Notes: generated by a model not told the origin, from the letters alone. Shown: positions 49,919 to 64,000, numbered from the stretch's first letter. The stretch: 64,000 bases of DNA from Tubulanus polymorphus (GCF_964204645.1 NC_134032.1:6188275-6252274); one strand, 5' to 3'. Numbers and translations: made by a program.

Positions 49919-52900
49919 CTCCCGGGGCCCAAAAGGTCAACATTATCATAAATGACGATAAATCACACAGTTCATATCATACTTTTAATTTTATCATTAG
50001 CAATTACCGCAGCTTTTCTTAAAGTTCTAGAACGTAATGGCGTATTAACCTCGATTTTCAGAATTTCCAAGGGCATTCCAATCCCGCCACGCACATTATG
50101 AATACTGTAACAGTCAATTTCCAATGGATAAAGTTTATTTACTGGTCTATTCGTTACTCCAGAAGAAGTATTAACAATCGCGGAACGCACCAAATTATCG
50201 GAACTGCGAATAAGATCGGTAATCACACCAGACTTCCATCTAAGGCGTGGTAAGTCATCGTGTATAAGAACGCGAATATGTTCCGAGTTATTCTTACTAG
50301 CGTATATATGCCATTCGCGTAAACTGGTAAGATATTCGTTAATCCAACGACGTCTAAACGACAACAATAATCCCGCACGATATCTTACTCTTTTATCGAT
50401 ATCAGTCTGATTTATCACGAACTCTGGGTCACCACGTTCAGACTCTTCAACACGGATCTGCGGTAACGATGTAAGTTTACGACTAATCAATAGATGCGAC
50501 GGAGTTAAGGGGTTATCGTCTTTCACGTCCGTCGATAATACGGTAAGTGGACGGTCGTTTAAAATGGCCTCCACCTCGGTGATCGCAATTCTTAATTCCT
50601 CAAACGATAAGTTTTGGCGACCAAACGTTTTCTTAATACAAGATTTTACTAGGCCGACTAAACGCTCCCAGTATCCACCATGCCACGGCGCACGCTTACA
50701 AATATATTTCCACGTGATACCCAAGGAAGCTACGTGATTTTTCACCTCACTGGCCGAAAGAGGTTTAGCTATTTCAGTAGACGCTCTAACCTTGGAGTAA
50801 TCATAATGATTACTCCAAGCTCTAACAAAGGTTGAAGCATTGTCGGAATAAAGTTCTCTATAGGTAGCGAACGACGGCTAACGAATCTGCAGAAAGCTTG
50901 AATAAAACTGTCCGTGCTCAAGTCTGTCACTAACTCTAAATGTATAGCCCTGGTCGCGGCACAGGTAAAAAGACAGACGTAAGTCTTCTGTTTCCCGGCT
51001 AACAGCGGCCCAAGGAAATCTAGTCCGCTGTAGAAAAACGGCGGTACGTCTGAGACACGGCTCTGCGGTAAAGGCGGCGAATTCGGCAAGCAATATGGTG
51101 AGCCTGCTATTTTACGACATGGCACACATTTACGCTGTATGCGTTTTACAAACGGACGAACGGAAGTTATCCAGTATCGCTCACGGATTTTGGCTACAGT
51201 ATTGTTTGTTTCCAGATGAAAACACGCTCTATGCGATTCCTTGACGATCAAAGCGGCGATCTCACATTTAGGAATCAATACTGGGTACTTTGCTTCAGTA
51301 TCTAACGGCCAATTATGAATACGACCGGCACTTCTGATGACACCTTGTTCATCAATGTACAGTCTCAGATGTGAAACGGTTTGATTCTTCTTGCTGTTTC
51401 GAATATCCGATATAAGCTCATCGTATTGCTGCCTCTGAACCGATTTTAGTTCCGCAGTCTTTAACTCGCACGAACCAAGAACATCTAATTTTCGATTTTT
51501 GACGTTACATCTGCAGTTGTTGATAAATCGTAATACTAAGGCTGTAATACGCATTAACCCTCTCAGGGTAGGAAAAATCATGTACACTATACATATCGAA
51601 TCGCTAATGTCCGGTAAACGAAATTCAACTTCATGTAGTTCTGCTGCAGAGGTGTTGACTAAACACGTTTCGCTCTCATTTACGATTTCGTTGTTCACTT
51701 CATTTAAATTCACCGCGTGTAGTTTGTTCTCGCTAATCCAACTAGGACCGTTTAACCAGTCTTTACTGTTCATCAATTTAGACGCTGTTGTACCTCTAGG
51801 TTATATGTCTGCAGGATTGGAACCCGAACAACAGTAATTCCAATTCGCGATATTCGTTAATTTCCGAATTTCGACAACGCGATTGGATACGAATCTAGGT
51901 AGCGATTTCGCTGAATTCAACCAGGCTAGTACAACTCTACTGTCACTCCATAAGCGAACGTTCAGATCAGGAATTCCTAATTCAGCCCCCACGAGCCGCA
52001 ACAAGAGCCGCCAACAATTCCAGCTGCGGAATTGTAAGTTGTTTCGCTACGGGTGCTACGCGAGTTTTAGCTATCAAAAGCGCGGAAATATTTCTATTGA
52101 CCAAATAAGCCACTGATCCATAGCATGACATACTTGCGTCACCGAATAAATGTAGTTCGAACGGCTCTGACACAGAATGTCAGAAGTATTGACGCGGTAC
52201 GGATAAACCAGAAATCTCCTGTATATCGCGCGCGATGAAACTCCATTCACGACATAAGTCCGGCGCCAAAACATTGTCCCAGTCTAGATCTAACTTCCAA
52301 AGCTTCTGAATGAAGAGTTTCGCCCTGATTACTACCGGGGTCGTGAAACCCAACGGATCGAATAACTTAGACGCTTGCCGTAATACAATACGCTTGGTAA
52401 CGTCATTATCTAATTCCACGGTTTGAACTGGTTTTAATGCGTTATAATCCGTTTCAGTGTTCCAATGTAGACCTAACACATTCGTTTTTGTAACGGACTC
52501 TGCTAAACTCCGTCATCAGATACCAGTTCTTTAATGTGCCCATCGTTGCCGTTCCAGCACCGTAGGCTAAATCCTCCTTCACTCATTACTGAACGAGACT
52601 TGACGTAAAACTTTTCGGCCATAGATCGATCCCAGACCGAAACTATAACGTTATCCACGTAAATATTCTTCATGATGATATCAGGTATACGTGATGAGCG
52701 TAGCATCAAATGTTTATAGATAGTTGCATTTAATATAAACGGCGAACTGCTGGCTCCGAACAAAACTACTCTGAATCTATACGTAATTAACTCGCTAGTA
52801 GGATCATTAGAATCTTTGAGCCACAGAAAACGCGTAAAATTCCAGTCTGCTTCTGGCAACAAAATTTGCAAGAACGCTTTCTCAATGTCTGATGTTATAG

Positions 52901-55290
52901 CTATACTGTGTAGACGAAAACGCATCAATATCGCTGTGATGTCGTTTTGCATACGAGGACCCTGGTCCAGACAATCGTTTAAACTAACAGAATTGTACGG
53001 CGACTTACAGCTACAATCACAGACGATTCGTGAAGGTGTTGTCTGCGACTGATGATAGGCGGGGTGGTGCGGTAAATAGTGTGAATAAATGTCCGACACT
53101 TTTGCATCTGGAAATCGTTCGATGAAGCCCCGATTTTCTTGTTCGGCAATAATCCGATTGTAATCCGACAAAGTATCGCTTTTTACCAACCGATGAATAG
53201 TCGATATAGTTCTACGCTTACACACGTTGAAGTATGTCCAACAATGAGTGCTCCGCTTTCCACGGCAAGTGCGCTACATAGCGATTTTCGACGGGATCAA
53301 AGTTCACAGATGATTCACAATAGTCTAATATTCGAGTTTCATCTGCCCGTCGATCCGTTCGTGCTTTAATCCCCATTGTCTCTAAGTCCCAAAATCTACG
53401 AAGATCGAGATCTACGCGCTGATCGACTAACGTGATTTGAATATCGACGCATCTTCACGTTCCGTAGACGTGACCGGACCAGAAACTACGTAACCAAGTT
53501 TAGTTGCAACGGCGGTCGGGCCTTCACTATTCGGATCGCGAATCTGCTCACCCATAACAAATTCATAATAGTAGTCCAATCCGATCAGAAACGAAATGTC
53601 AAACAAGTCGTCGCAGTTTAGTGGGTGAGCTAATTTCAATCCTCGCAAATAGTCATATTGTTCTAATTTTTTCCTCGCGGAAACACGAATGGACACTGAA
53701 ATATTCGGGATTGCAAGTTCTTCCAACGATAACGCTGTTATCGGTACAACGAATTTCGATCTTCACTTGATCTAATGTAGTAACTTTTTTTTCTCACTAG
53801 TCCCGTAATTAGACAAACTAATCTTTTCCGTACTAACTGGCTCTAATCCGAATTCAGCAACAACCGACTGACAAATAAAGGTCCGCTGCGCACCATCGTC
53901 TAGCAAAACGTTAGAGTCCCTTGAAGCATTTCCACCGGAAATAGGCACGATCGCGGTTTTTAGCAAGACTGAACCCCGTTGTGACGTAGGGGTCAAGCCA
54001 TCGAAGACCTCTTTAAGCTGTGTATTTCCATTCGTTAGCTGAGCTGCGATTGGTTTCACCTTATCACATTCTGAAGGTGCAACCGCGGTGGTCTTCTCGG
54101 GTTTAGGCGGTGGACATATGCTAATATGAGGTCGGCGCTTACATTTTTTGCACGAGTAACGGGATCAACAATCTTTAATACGATGATGACCAAAACAGTT
54201 GAAACACAGATTTTCGGCTTTAATAAACGCTATTCGGTCACCATAAGTGGACACTGTTCTACAGTCGCTCGAAAAATGGTCATTACTCTTGCAAAAAACG
54301 CATGATTTCTGCCTTGCTGCATTCGCTTTCTGTGATGCGCTCGATTTACGATAACCGATATGACAATCTTGACCAGTTGTACTCGCGAACAGAATTGTGG
54401 AGAGAAATTATCTTCACTTCCCACACCTGCTTCTAAGACGTTAACCTCCTTGGCTATAAATTCACGAATTTGCTTTAACGTGAAAAATGTATTACCATGT
54501 TCACGAACCATATTCTTTCGGATTTCGGATAGGAGTTTACTCTGTAAAACTGACGTGAGCATATCCCCTAAACACGATTCATCGCGACCGGCAGCTATCA
54601 AAGATCGAATATGTGATTCGACCCTATCATGAAATTGACGAAGACTCAAGGCAGAGTAACTCGGAATGTTCAATGCAACGATGGCCTGCATATGGGCGTC
54701 AATGATCTTATGCGGTTGTGCAAATCGTGAATGCAAAATGTCCATAGCAGTGTGATAATTCGATTCCGTTAACGACAAACCACTGAATCGATGCTTAATT
54801 CTGCTTCATCGTCCAATAACGATTTCAAATATTGGAATTTCTGAATAACCGGAACAGATTTAACATTGTGTACTGCTGCGCAGACAGAATCGTAGAAATT
54901 CTACCAATCCATGATATTGCCACTGAATCTTGGTAATGAAAGTTTTGGTAGATTCGATAGTGGACATTCAGCCTTGGTAGATGTTGACACGGGATTCGTT
55001 TCAGGTACTGATTATAATATAAAATCCGATCGCGATATTGTTCCAGCTGGATCTCGTATTCGGTTGCCTTCGAATAGTAAGTTGTGTCATCTGCTATACT
55101 TGACAGAATATCATCGCCTAAGTCACTGACGATGGCCAATTTCTCACTGATCTGAGAGCATAATCTCTGTAGTTTCTCCAAATCTGGTTTTTACGAGGTT
55201 TGACTGTTAACCAGAACGTCTGCTTGATCAGTAAAACTTTTAACATGGCCCAGTTGGGCCCCACGCTTTCTATTCTCTGACATCGTTCTC

Positions 55291-55306
55291 GAGGCTCCAG
55301 GGACCA
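55291..55306 (-). promoter_or_regulatory. Primer-binding site, tRNA-Tyr-like
   Basis: TGGTCCCTGGAGCC versus TGGTCCTTCGAGCC expected for the tRNA-Tyr 3' end (2 mismatches). Confidence 0.6.
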
Positions 55307-55307
55307 A

Positions 55308-55501
55308 TTTCCTAAATTCTGCAGGAATATAGATAGGAACGAACAAACCCATGATTTTCTGTACAACACTAACTCAACTTTATTCAACGACTCAACATAC
55401 ACAATATAATGCCTGGTCAGGCATGAAGGAGGCTTACAGAAATAAAGGCCAAATCCAGAGTTAATACCACATACCCAATAAGCCAAACACAGTTCAGGAC
55501 A
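55308..55501 (-). repeat. 5' LTR of BEL copy 3
   Basis: TGTCCTGAA...TTTAGGAAA followed by PBS. Confidence 0.95.
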
Positions 55502-56468
55502 CATGTAGTACAAATCGAATCCCACAGAACCCTTCTTTAAATAACGCATAATATAGTTATCAATGTATACACATTATTGTACAGCGTCAAAACACCAAAT
55601 GATCTGTAGAAATCATCGTGCAACGGCGAATTTATTTTTCACAAGTGACCCGCGCATGCGCAGTAATGAAATGGCTATTGGATGATCCCAATCTTGATTG
55701 TCGATAGAAAATGGCGGCTTTTTGAATAATCGTTCTATAGAGAGTCCAGAGCGTAAGGTTATGTTAACAGAGTCCAACAGGTCAGAGTTAAGTTAGGATT
55801 AGAGTAGGCTTAGGTTTAGGTTTAGGGTTTTAAGGGGGAAGAACAATAGGTAAATGTAAAACATGTTAATATAGTAAAAAATTGCTTATCCGGTACTCGA
55901 GCAGTGCGTGCATGTTCAAATCCCATTTTTGAAATCAACATCGAATTTTCTAAGACGACTAAACATACTGAAAAACTGATTAAGATAATTATCTGATACT
56001 TATCTTAAGAGAGTTCCTGTAAACATTAAGAGCTCCTGTTTACAAGTTGATTGAACTGCTGAAAAGTGAACTATTGTTCCGATGACTCCTCGATGAATAC
56101 AGCACTATATAGCTGCTGTAAGTTTTTGATGGATATCCATTGCATATATATTCTGAATTCTAATTTGAAGTACATGACTTCTTTCACAGAACTAGACGTT
56201 TTTAGAAATTACAATTTTGGTTGACCTGACATTAGTAGGCAATCGTAACTTGCGTTTTATTTTGTAGTTGGCTCCATAAATGCGAAGACCTTTCATTATT
56301 TATATTGGATTTTTAATATCGAAACATAACGAACATGAAATGATAAAATGCTGATCTGAAATTAATAACACATAGAATTTAAACTCTGATCTTAAATAAA
56401 TTTGAACACTGATCTTAGATTAATTTCCTATTTAAATCATTCATTATCATAATAGAATACAAATCAAC

Positions 56469-59400
56469 TGTTAAACTTACATGTTTTTAACCAATATATT
56501 CTCCTAAATACTCGTTTAATTGCATGAAATCTAATCTCTAAAAAGAATCGACGTGTCGCTCGTTGTATCTACAAAAGTTCTCATCCTAGATTTTGTTGTT
56601 ACACGTAACTCGTGATGAGGCTCTCTATGAGCTTTTCGTACCTTTAACACCGGCCCCATAAATTTCCAATGCTTCGAAATTTAATTGATTCATACTACTT
56701 CTAGATTTAACAACTATTTAAACTAAACTTCTAATGATACAATTCAACTTATGCATAACATTTTAGATTTATCAATTCAAATATCGTTCTCCGATTCAAT
56801 AAGCCTAGCTAATTTGGTGATGGGTCTCACGTAAGTTCCATTTTGTGTCTTTACGTGGCATGACCTGGTTCGACCATCGCGACTTGTTTCAACCTTCAAG
56901 ATTCTCCCATACGGCCAGTAAGCTCGTCCAACGCTGGTATCTTGAACAACGACGATATCTCCTACCTGTATGTCAGGATTCTGATGTTGCCACTGTAAAC
57001 GAGTGATGTATAGCTTGTGGAAGTGCTTCCACACTTGTTCAGTGACGAAATTTACTCTTTTCCATCGACCTCTATAGATATCATTTTCGGTCGTTAAGCT
57101 TGTGTCGGTTTCAACCGTAGTTATACCCATTAAATGATTCGGGGTAATGGCAACTACTGTTGTGTCTTCACATGACGATGTAGTCAGTGGTCGGCTGTTC
57201 ATAATCCATTCTACTTTGACAAGAACGGTCCTCAGTTCTTCTTCAGATAGTGTCTGTCTATTTATCAGTCCGTACATAATCTTTCGTACAGACCTGATTT
57301 GTCTCTCGTAGTGACCTCCCATGTGACTAGACAACGTTGGATTAAATTTCCATTCTATGTCATCTTTTGTCAATTTTTCTTCAATGAGTAACTGCTTGTT
57401 CATTTCAAGTAAGTCGTTTCGCATTTCTTTACACGCTCCGATCCAGTTTGTACCATTGTCGGACCGTAATATCTTCGGTGTGCCTCTTCTATTAACAAAT
57501 CTACTTATGGCTAGTAAACACGACTGGATATCCAATCTACGCGCTAACTTAAGGTGAATTGCTCTTGTAAAGTTACATGAGAACAACACTCCATACCGCT
57601 TCTTTTCACGCCGTCCGATTGTCACGAGCAATGGTCCTAAGTAGTCGATACCCGAATTTTCGAATGCGTGCGTAGCAGATGTTCGGTCTTTTGGTAAGAC
57701 TCCCATTATCTGCGTCTCTAACCGTGCCTGGTATTTTCTACATATGACGCAATCTTTTAAGAGTTTTCTTACGACATTCATCAGGCCAATTATCCAATAC
57801 TGCTCTCTCAATTTCGAGATAGTATGGTTCCTTCCAACATGACCTTCCATACAATGGGTTCTACGGATAAGTTTCCTGACCAACGGCTCTGATCCGGGCA
57901 GTATAATCGGGTGTTTACCCTCGTGTGGGAGCAAACTATCATTCAATCTTCCACCAACTCGTAGGATGCCGCACTCGTCGATCTCGGGCATAGCTTTCTT
58001 ATGGGCTACTCTTCGATACGGGTTGGTGTCGGTTTAACGCTTTCAATTCATTCGTAAAGTATTTTCGTTGAATGGCTCGAATAACTGCTTGTTTAGCCTC
58101 CCGTCTTATATTCACAGGACTTTGTCCGTCGGACGATTTCTTTCCTACCACAATCTCAACAAAAGTAAGGATCTTCTCCCATTCAGATAATCGATTCAAT
58201 ATTTCGATTGTGGCTTCGACGCCCTCAATATCGGTCAATGGTTGCTCATCCGTGATGATGCGATAAAGCGTCGGCTGTGAAGACGTTTCTTCAACTGGCT
58301 TATCTGTTTCCGATTAACGCTAAGTATTTTGGTCCTTGTTGCCACAGAGTACCAGCTAGTTCTTTCGCGTTTCCTCCTCTGGACGCAATATCCGCAGGAT
58401 TCTTCTTTCCTGGGACATGTTTCCAGTCTTCGACATGGGTAAGTGTTAAGATCTTTCCAATTCGGTTCCCGACGAAGACTGACGTTCTAATGGTGTCACT
58501 TCTTAAGTAATCCAGGACAATTCTACTGTCCGTCCAATTGGTGCTTTTCTGTAGTGGTAGTCGCAGTTCTTTCTTGAGCTTTGCTGTTGTTCTAGCTCCT
58601 AGCTGCTACTAGCTCTGCTCTTGGTATGGTTTCTCCTTTGAGAGGATTTACCCTCGATCTTGCATAAACCAACTTGACTTCTGTTTTGTTCGTGTTTTTG
58701 GTTCGGATGTAGGCGACAGCTCCGTGTGCCTTTTCTGATGCATCGCTGAACACATGAAGCTGGTATGTGTCACTAGTATGTGGGCTGTGACTGGTGATGC
58801 ATCTTTCAAATTCAATTTCGGTTACGGCTTGAGTCCCGTCTCTCCATCTCATCCACTGTTTGAGTTGTTCATCGGGAATCGGGTCGTCCCAAGTCAGCTT
58901 CAGCTTACAGAGGTTTTGTGCTAGTATTCGACAATTAAGTATCCATGGTGACACTAGCCCTAATGGATCAAATTGTTTGGTCATATTTGATATTAGTTCT
59001 CTTCTTGTCTTAACGGTCTTCAAATCTGGTGCTCGATAGGTAAGTTTGTCGGTTTGCGGTTTCCACTTCATTCCCAGGGTGGGCAGTTCGCTGTAGTCTT
59101 CCTTTCCTACGTTTATGTCGCTTCCTGCAACAGCTTTCCGATCCTCGGGTATGTCGTCCAACACTTCTGGGTGTGTACTTGCGTACTTTCTCAATGGAAA
59201 GCCGCAGCGATCGGATGTTTCATGAACAACCGTCACTTCTTTCTATGCGCTCTGCGCATGCGTCCAGGAATTCAGATTATCGTCGACGTAGAATGCCTGG
59301 GTTGCTGCTTTACAGATCTCTTTATCTTCATGGCGCGACTGTTCTACTAAGCCGTGTCTTAGTACGTGGCACGCGCTTGCTGGTGACGGTCTAGAACCAA

Positions 59401-60404
59401 ATGGATGCACTGTCCATATCCACTCTTCGGTATTTCCTAATTCATATATCCATAAGAGTCTGTACCAATTCCGATCTTCAGGGGCTACTTGAATTTGATG
59501 AAACATTCCCTGAATGTCGCTGCTTACTGCGACTGGATATTCCCTGAATCTTATCAGAACTCCATCTAGTCTGTTGTTGAGATCAGGTCCTTTCATCAGA
59601 AGGTCATTCAAGGAGATGCCGTTTTGCTGCGCTGATCCGTCAAACACAATTCGTAGTTTGGAATTGCGGTTTTGGTTCGATACTCCATGGTGAGGTAAAT
59701 ACAACTTTTCTCTTACTTCGATTTCTTCGTTCGGGACCCTCTCGATGTATCCCTTCAGCCATCAATCTACTATTGGGTATTGGTGGCAACGGCCTTTTAA
59801 TTGGGATTCCTACTTCATAGCGATCACCAGTGTAGTGTGTGACAGCTTCTATTGTTTGCATGAAGCGTTTTTCTTCTGGAGAGATTTGAACCTCTTCACC
59901 AAGCGGCCCGTCATCGAACACTCGGGAGAAATGTGCATTAATGTTCTTGTTTAGATCATCTATTGAAATTTTATTGACTGAGGTGGATCTGTTCGCCGAC
60001 TGACCCCTCTGGACTGGCCCAAGTAGTGTCCAGCCAATTGCTGTTCGCATAGCATACGGTGCTTCTCGTTCTGTGGGAATTATCTCAATTGGTCGTATTG
60101 CTTCCGGTACATTCTCGCCTAAGAGTAATCCGACTGGAGCGTTTACAAATTTCAAATCGACTTTTCTCAACTGATGATACTTCGAGACATCCTTTACGGT
60201 TGGAATTTCCTTCCTGTTAATAGTTACGGTGGGATGGGTGTAGAGCTCGTGGAGTTTGACCCAATTCCCTCCTGCTAGGCCTCGTACTTCCAAGTTTCGG
60301 ATCTTTCTCGCTTCAATTTCGCTGCTTGTCTGTAACATGGTAGACAGATCTAATGTCGTGGCTTGTCCTCTCAGCCCCATCTGAAAATCCATGAGAGGAT
60401 TCAA
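56469..60404 (-). mobile_element. BEL/Pao LTR retrotransposon copy 4 (protease end to 3' LTR)
   Basis: RT SDIQGMFHQI..FYVDD, RNase H FSDAS, integrase ORF 56777-57991 (GIDYLGP, RSDNGTN, ERQIRSVR). PPT GGGGCCGG at 56650-57, then LTR start TGTTAAAG at 56649; LTR end uncertain (56469 or nearer 56040). Confidence 0.9.
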
Positions 60405-60608
60405 AATGGCGGCGGTGTTGGAGTCGCTTCTCCGTCACTGATATGGTTTTTTGGATTTTTACCTCAATTCTCAGTTAGCCGCAAGTTTAAACATGGATCT
60501 AAAAAGACCTCTCACGGTCGTTTGTTATGGTGGAAGGATTACGGAAAGTGATATCCTATCAGCCCTGGGATCTAAATCAGTTCGAGTGCGTGCGATTCAA
60601 ATCACAAA
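60405..60608 (+). mobile_element. 5' end of a LINE (5'UTR + ORF1 start) inserted in the BEL copy 4 protease region
   Basis: AAAATGGCGGC (YY1-like) at the junction; ATG 60493 MDLKRPLTVVCYGGRITESDILSALGSKSVRVRAIQITK, similar in pattern to the ORF1 N-terminus at 2224. Confidence 0.6.
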
Positions 60609-63600
60609 AGCTTGTGGAAGTGCTTCCACACTTGTTCAGTGACGAAATTTACTCTTTTCCATCGACCTCTATAGATATCATTTTCGGTCGTTAAGCTTGT
60701 GTCGGTTTCAACCGTAGTTATACCCATTAAATGATTCGGGGTAATGGCAACTACTGTTGTGTCTTCACATGACGATGTAGTCAGTGGTCGGCTGTTCATA
60801 ATCCATTCTACTTTGACAAGAACGGTCCTCAGTTCTTCTTCAGATAGTGTCTGTCTATTTATCAGTCCGTACATAATCTTTCGTACAGACCTGATTTGTC
60901 TCTCGTAGTGACCTCCCATGTGACTAGACAACGTTGGATTAAATTTCCATTCTATGTCATCTTTTGTCAATTTTTCTTCAATGAGTAACTGCTTGTTCAT
61001 TTCAAGTAAGTCGTTTCGCATTTCTTTACACGCTCCGATCCAGTTTGTACCATTGTCGGACCGTAATATCTTCGGTGTGCCTCTTCTATTAACAAATCTA
61101 CTTATGGCTAGTAAACACGACTGGATATCCAATCTACGCGCTAACTTAAGGTGAATTGCTCTTGTAAAGTTACATGAGAACAACACTCCATACCGCTTCT
61201 TTTCACGCCGTCCGATTGTCACGAGCAATGGTCCTAAGTAGTCGATACCCGAATTTTCGAATGCGTGCGTAGCAGATGTTCGGTCTTTTGGTAAGACTCC
61301 CATTATCTGCGTCTCTAACCGTGCCTGGTATTTTCTACATATGACGCAATCTTTTAAGAGTTTTCTTACGACATTCATCAGGCCAATTATCCAATACTGC
61401 TCTCTCAATTTCGAGATAGTATGGTTCCTTCCAACATGACCTTCCATACAATGGGTTCTACGGATAAGTTTCCTGACCAACGGCTCTGATCCGGGCAGTA
61501 TAATCGGGTGTTTACCCTCGTGTGGGAGCAAACTATCATTCAATCTTCCACCAACTCGTAGGATGCCGCACTCGTCGATCTCGGGCATAGCTTTCTTATG
61601 GGCTACTCTTCGATACGGGTTGGTGTCGGTTTAACGCTTTCAATTCATTCGTAAAGTATTTTCGTTGAATGGCTCGAATAACTGCTTGTTTAGCCTCCCG
61701 TCTTATATTCACAGGACTTTGTCCGTCGGACGATTTCTTTCCTACCACAATCTCAACAAAAGTAAGGATCTTCTCCCATTCAGATAATCGATTCAATATT
61801 TCGATTGTGGCTTCGACGCCCTCAATATCGGTCAATGGTTGCTCATCCGTGATGATGCGATAAAGCGTCGGCTGTGAAGACGTTTCTTCAACTGGCTTAT
61901 CTGTTTCCGATTAACGCTAAGTATTTTGGTCCTTGTTGCCACAGAGTACCAGCTAGTTCTTTCGCGTTTCCTCCTCTGGACGCAATATCCGCAGGATTCT
62001 TCTTTCCTGGGACATGTTTCCAGTCTTCGACATGGGTAAGTGTTAAGATCTTTCCAATTCGGTTCCCGACGAAGACTGACGTTCTAATGGTGTCACTTCT
62101 TAAGTAATCCAGGACAATTCTACTGTCCGTCCAATTGGTGCTTTTCTGTAGTGGTAGTCGCAGTTCTTTCTTGAGCTTTGCTGTTGTTCTAGCTCCTAGC
62201 TGCTACTAGCTCTGCTCTTGGTATGGTTTCTCCTTTGAGAGGATTTACCCTCGATCTTGCATAAACCAACTTGACTTCTGTTTTGTTCGTGTTTTTGGTT
62301 CGGATGTAGGCGACAGCTCCGTGTGCCTTTTCTGATGCATCGCTGAACACATGAAGCTGGTATGTGTCACTAGTATGTGGGCTGTGACTGGTGATGCATC
62401 TTTCAAATTCAATTTCGGTTACGGCTTGAGTCCCGTCTCTCCATCTCATCCACTGTTTGAGTTGTTCATCGGGAATCGGGTCGTCCCAAGTCAGCTTCAG
62501 CTTACAGAGGTTTTGTGCTAGTATTCGACAATTAAGTATCCATGGTGACACTAGCCCTAATGGATCAAATTGTTTGGTCATATTTGATATTAGTTCTCTT
62601 CTTGTCTTAACGGTCTTCAAATCTGGTGCTCGATAGGTAAGTTTGTCGGTTTGCGGTTTCCACTTCATTCCCAGGGTGGGCAGTTCGCTGTAGTCTTCCT
62701 TTCCTACGTTTATGTCGCTTCCTGCAACAGCTTTCCGATCCTCGGGTATGTCGTCCAACACTTCTGGGTGTGTACTTGCGTACTTTCTCAATGGAAAGCC
62801 GCAGCGATCGGATGTTTCATGAACAACCGTCACTTCTTTCTATGCGCTCTGCGCATGCGTCCAGGAATTCAGATTATCATCGACGTAGAATGCCTGGGTT
62901 GCTGCTTTACAGATCTCTTTATCTTCATGGCGCGACTGTTCTACTAAGCCGTGTCTTAGTACGTGGCACGCGCTTGCTGGTGACGGTCTAGAACCAAATG
63001 GATGCACTGTCCATATCCACTCTTCGGTATTTCCTAATTCATCTATCCATAAGAGTCTGTACCAATTCCGATCTTCAGGGGCTACTTGAATTTGATGAAA
63101 CATTCCCTGAATGTCGCTGCTTACTGCGACTGGATATTCCCTGAATCTTATCAGAACTCCATCTAGTCTGTTGTTGAGATCAGGTCCTTTCATCAGAAGG
63201 TCATTCAAGGAGATGCCGTTTTGCTGCGCTGATCCGTCAAACACAATTCGTAGTTTGGAATTGCGGTTTTGGTTCGATACTCCATGGTGAGGTAAATACA
63301 ACTTTTCTCTTACTTCGATTTCTTCGTTCGGGACCCTCTCGATGTATCCCTTCAGCCATCAATCTACTATTGGGTATTGGTGGCAACGGCCTTTTAATTG
63401 GGATTCCTACTTCATAGCGATCACCAGTGTAGTGTGTGACAGCTTCTATTGTTTGCATGAAGCGTTTTTCTTCTGGAGAGATTTGAACCTCTTCACCAAG
63501 CGGCCCGTCATCGAACACTCGGGAGAAATGTGCATTAATGTTCTTGTTTAGATCATCTATTGAAATTTTATTGACTGAGGTGGATCTGTTCGCCGACTGA

Positions 63601-64000
63601 CCCCTCTGGACTGGCCCAAGTAGTGTCCAGCCAATTGCTGTTCGCATAGCATACGGTGCTTCTCGTTCTGTGGGAATTATCTCAATTGGTCGTATTGCTT
63701 CCGGTACATTCTCGCCTAAGAGTAATCCGACTGGAGCGTTACAAATTTCAAATCGACTTTTCTCAACTGATGATACTTCGAGACATCCTTTACGGTTGGA
63801 ATTTCCTTCCTGTTAATAGTTACGGTGGGATGGGTGTAGAGCTCGTGGAGTTTGACCCAATTCCCTCCTGCTAGGCCTCGTACTTCCAAGTTTCGGATCT
63901 TTCTCGCTTCAATTTCGCTGCTTGTCTGTAACATGGTAGACAGATCTAATGTCGTGGCTTGTCCTCTCAGCCCCATCTGAAAATCCATGAGAGGATTCAA
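60609..64000 (-). pseudogene. pol: Duplicated BEL copy 4 pol segment
   Basis: ORFs 60602-61588, 62189-62833, 62840-63301 and others near-identical to the first copy. Confidence 0.92.

Larger units (their letters stand above)
49723..55501 (-). mobile_element. Full-length BEL/Pao LTR retrotransposon copy 3 (coding regions decayed)
   Basis: Paired LTRs, perfect 5-bp TSD CATGT (49718-22 / 55502-06), PBS, PPT. gag with three zinc knuckles (CVFCKSNDHFSSDC, CFNCFGHHRIKDC, CKKC..HISIC), protease LLDDGAQRTFI, RT YVDN, RNase H FGDAS, integrase. Confidence 0.95.
57012..64000. repeat. Tandem duplication, 3,597-bp unit (57012-60608; second unit 60609 to beyond 64000)
   Basis: All ORFs repeat at an offset of 3597; only about three differences seen (59282/62879, ~59446/63043, 1-bp deletion at ~63739). 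Confidence 0.95.

Noticed and set aside
55118-55549. 143-aa ORF and its twin at 49727-49909
   Set aside because: Incidental reading frame through the LTRs
55790-55832. Telomere-like TTAGG(G) repeats (also ~25672-25686, ~17998-18012)
   Set aside because: Short and degenerate, within small interspersed repeats; not a telomere or fusion site

Overview
AT-rich, repeat-dense DNA from an animal genome, most likely an invertebrate (spliceosomal GT-AG introns, no operons, no obvious CpG depletion). About half of the window is decayed retroelements. There are four BEL/Pao LTR retrotransposons: one split by a CR1-group LINE with an esterase-bearing ORF1, one with a deleted 5' end, one full-length with LTRs, PBS and a CATGT target duplication, and one in a near-identical 3,597-bp tandem duplication. 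Also present are a second CR1/L2 LINE, a DIRS remnant, Penelope-type termini with hammerhead-ribozyme cores, and many non-autonomous DNA transposons (Harbinger with a MADF remnant, MULE-like elements with 8-bp TSDs, hAT-like MITEs, a foldback element, Helentron ends). Between these, at about 24.7-41.5 kb and not resolved by the ORF track, lies a cluster of host genes. Five phase-compatible coding exons (25159-33017) can be joined by hand into a 496-aa secreted protein with divergent Ig-like domains. A pseudogenised paralog follows, then three decayed copies of a second, possibly Ig-like exon family, and an orphan signal-peptide exon at 48.6 kb. All calls are by-eye motif recognition; no searches were run.
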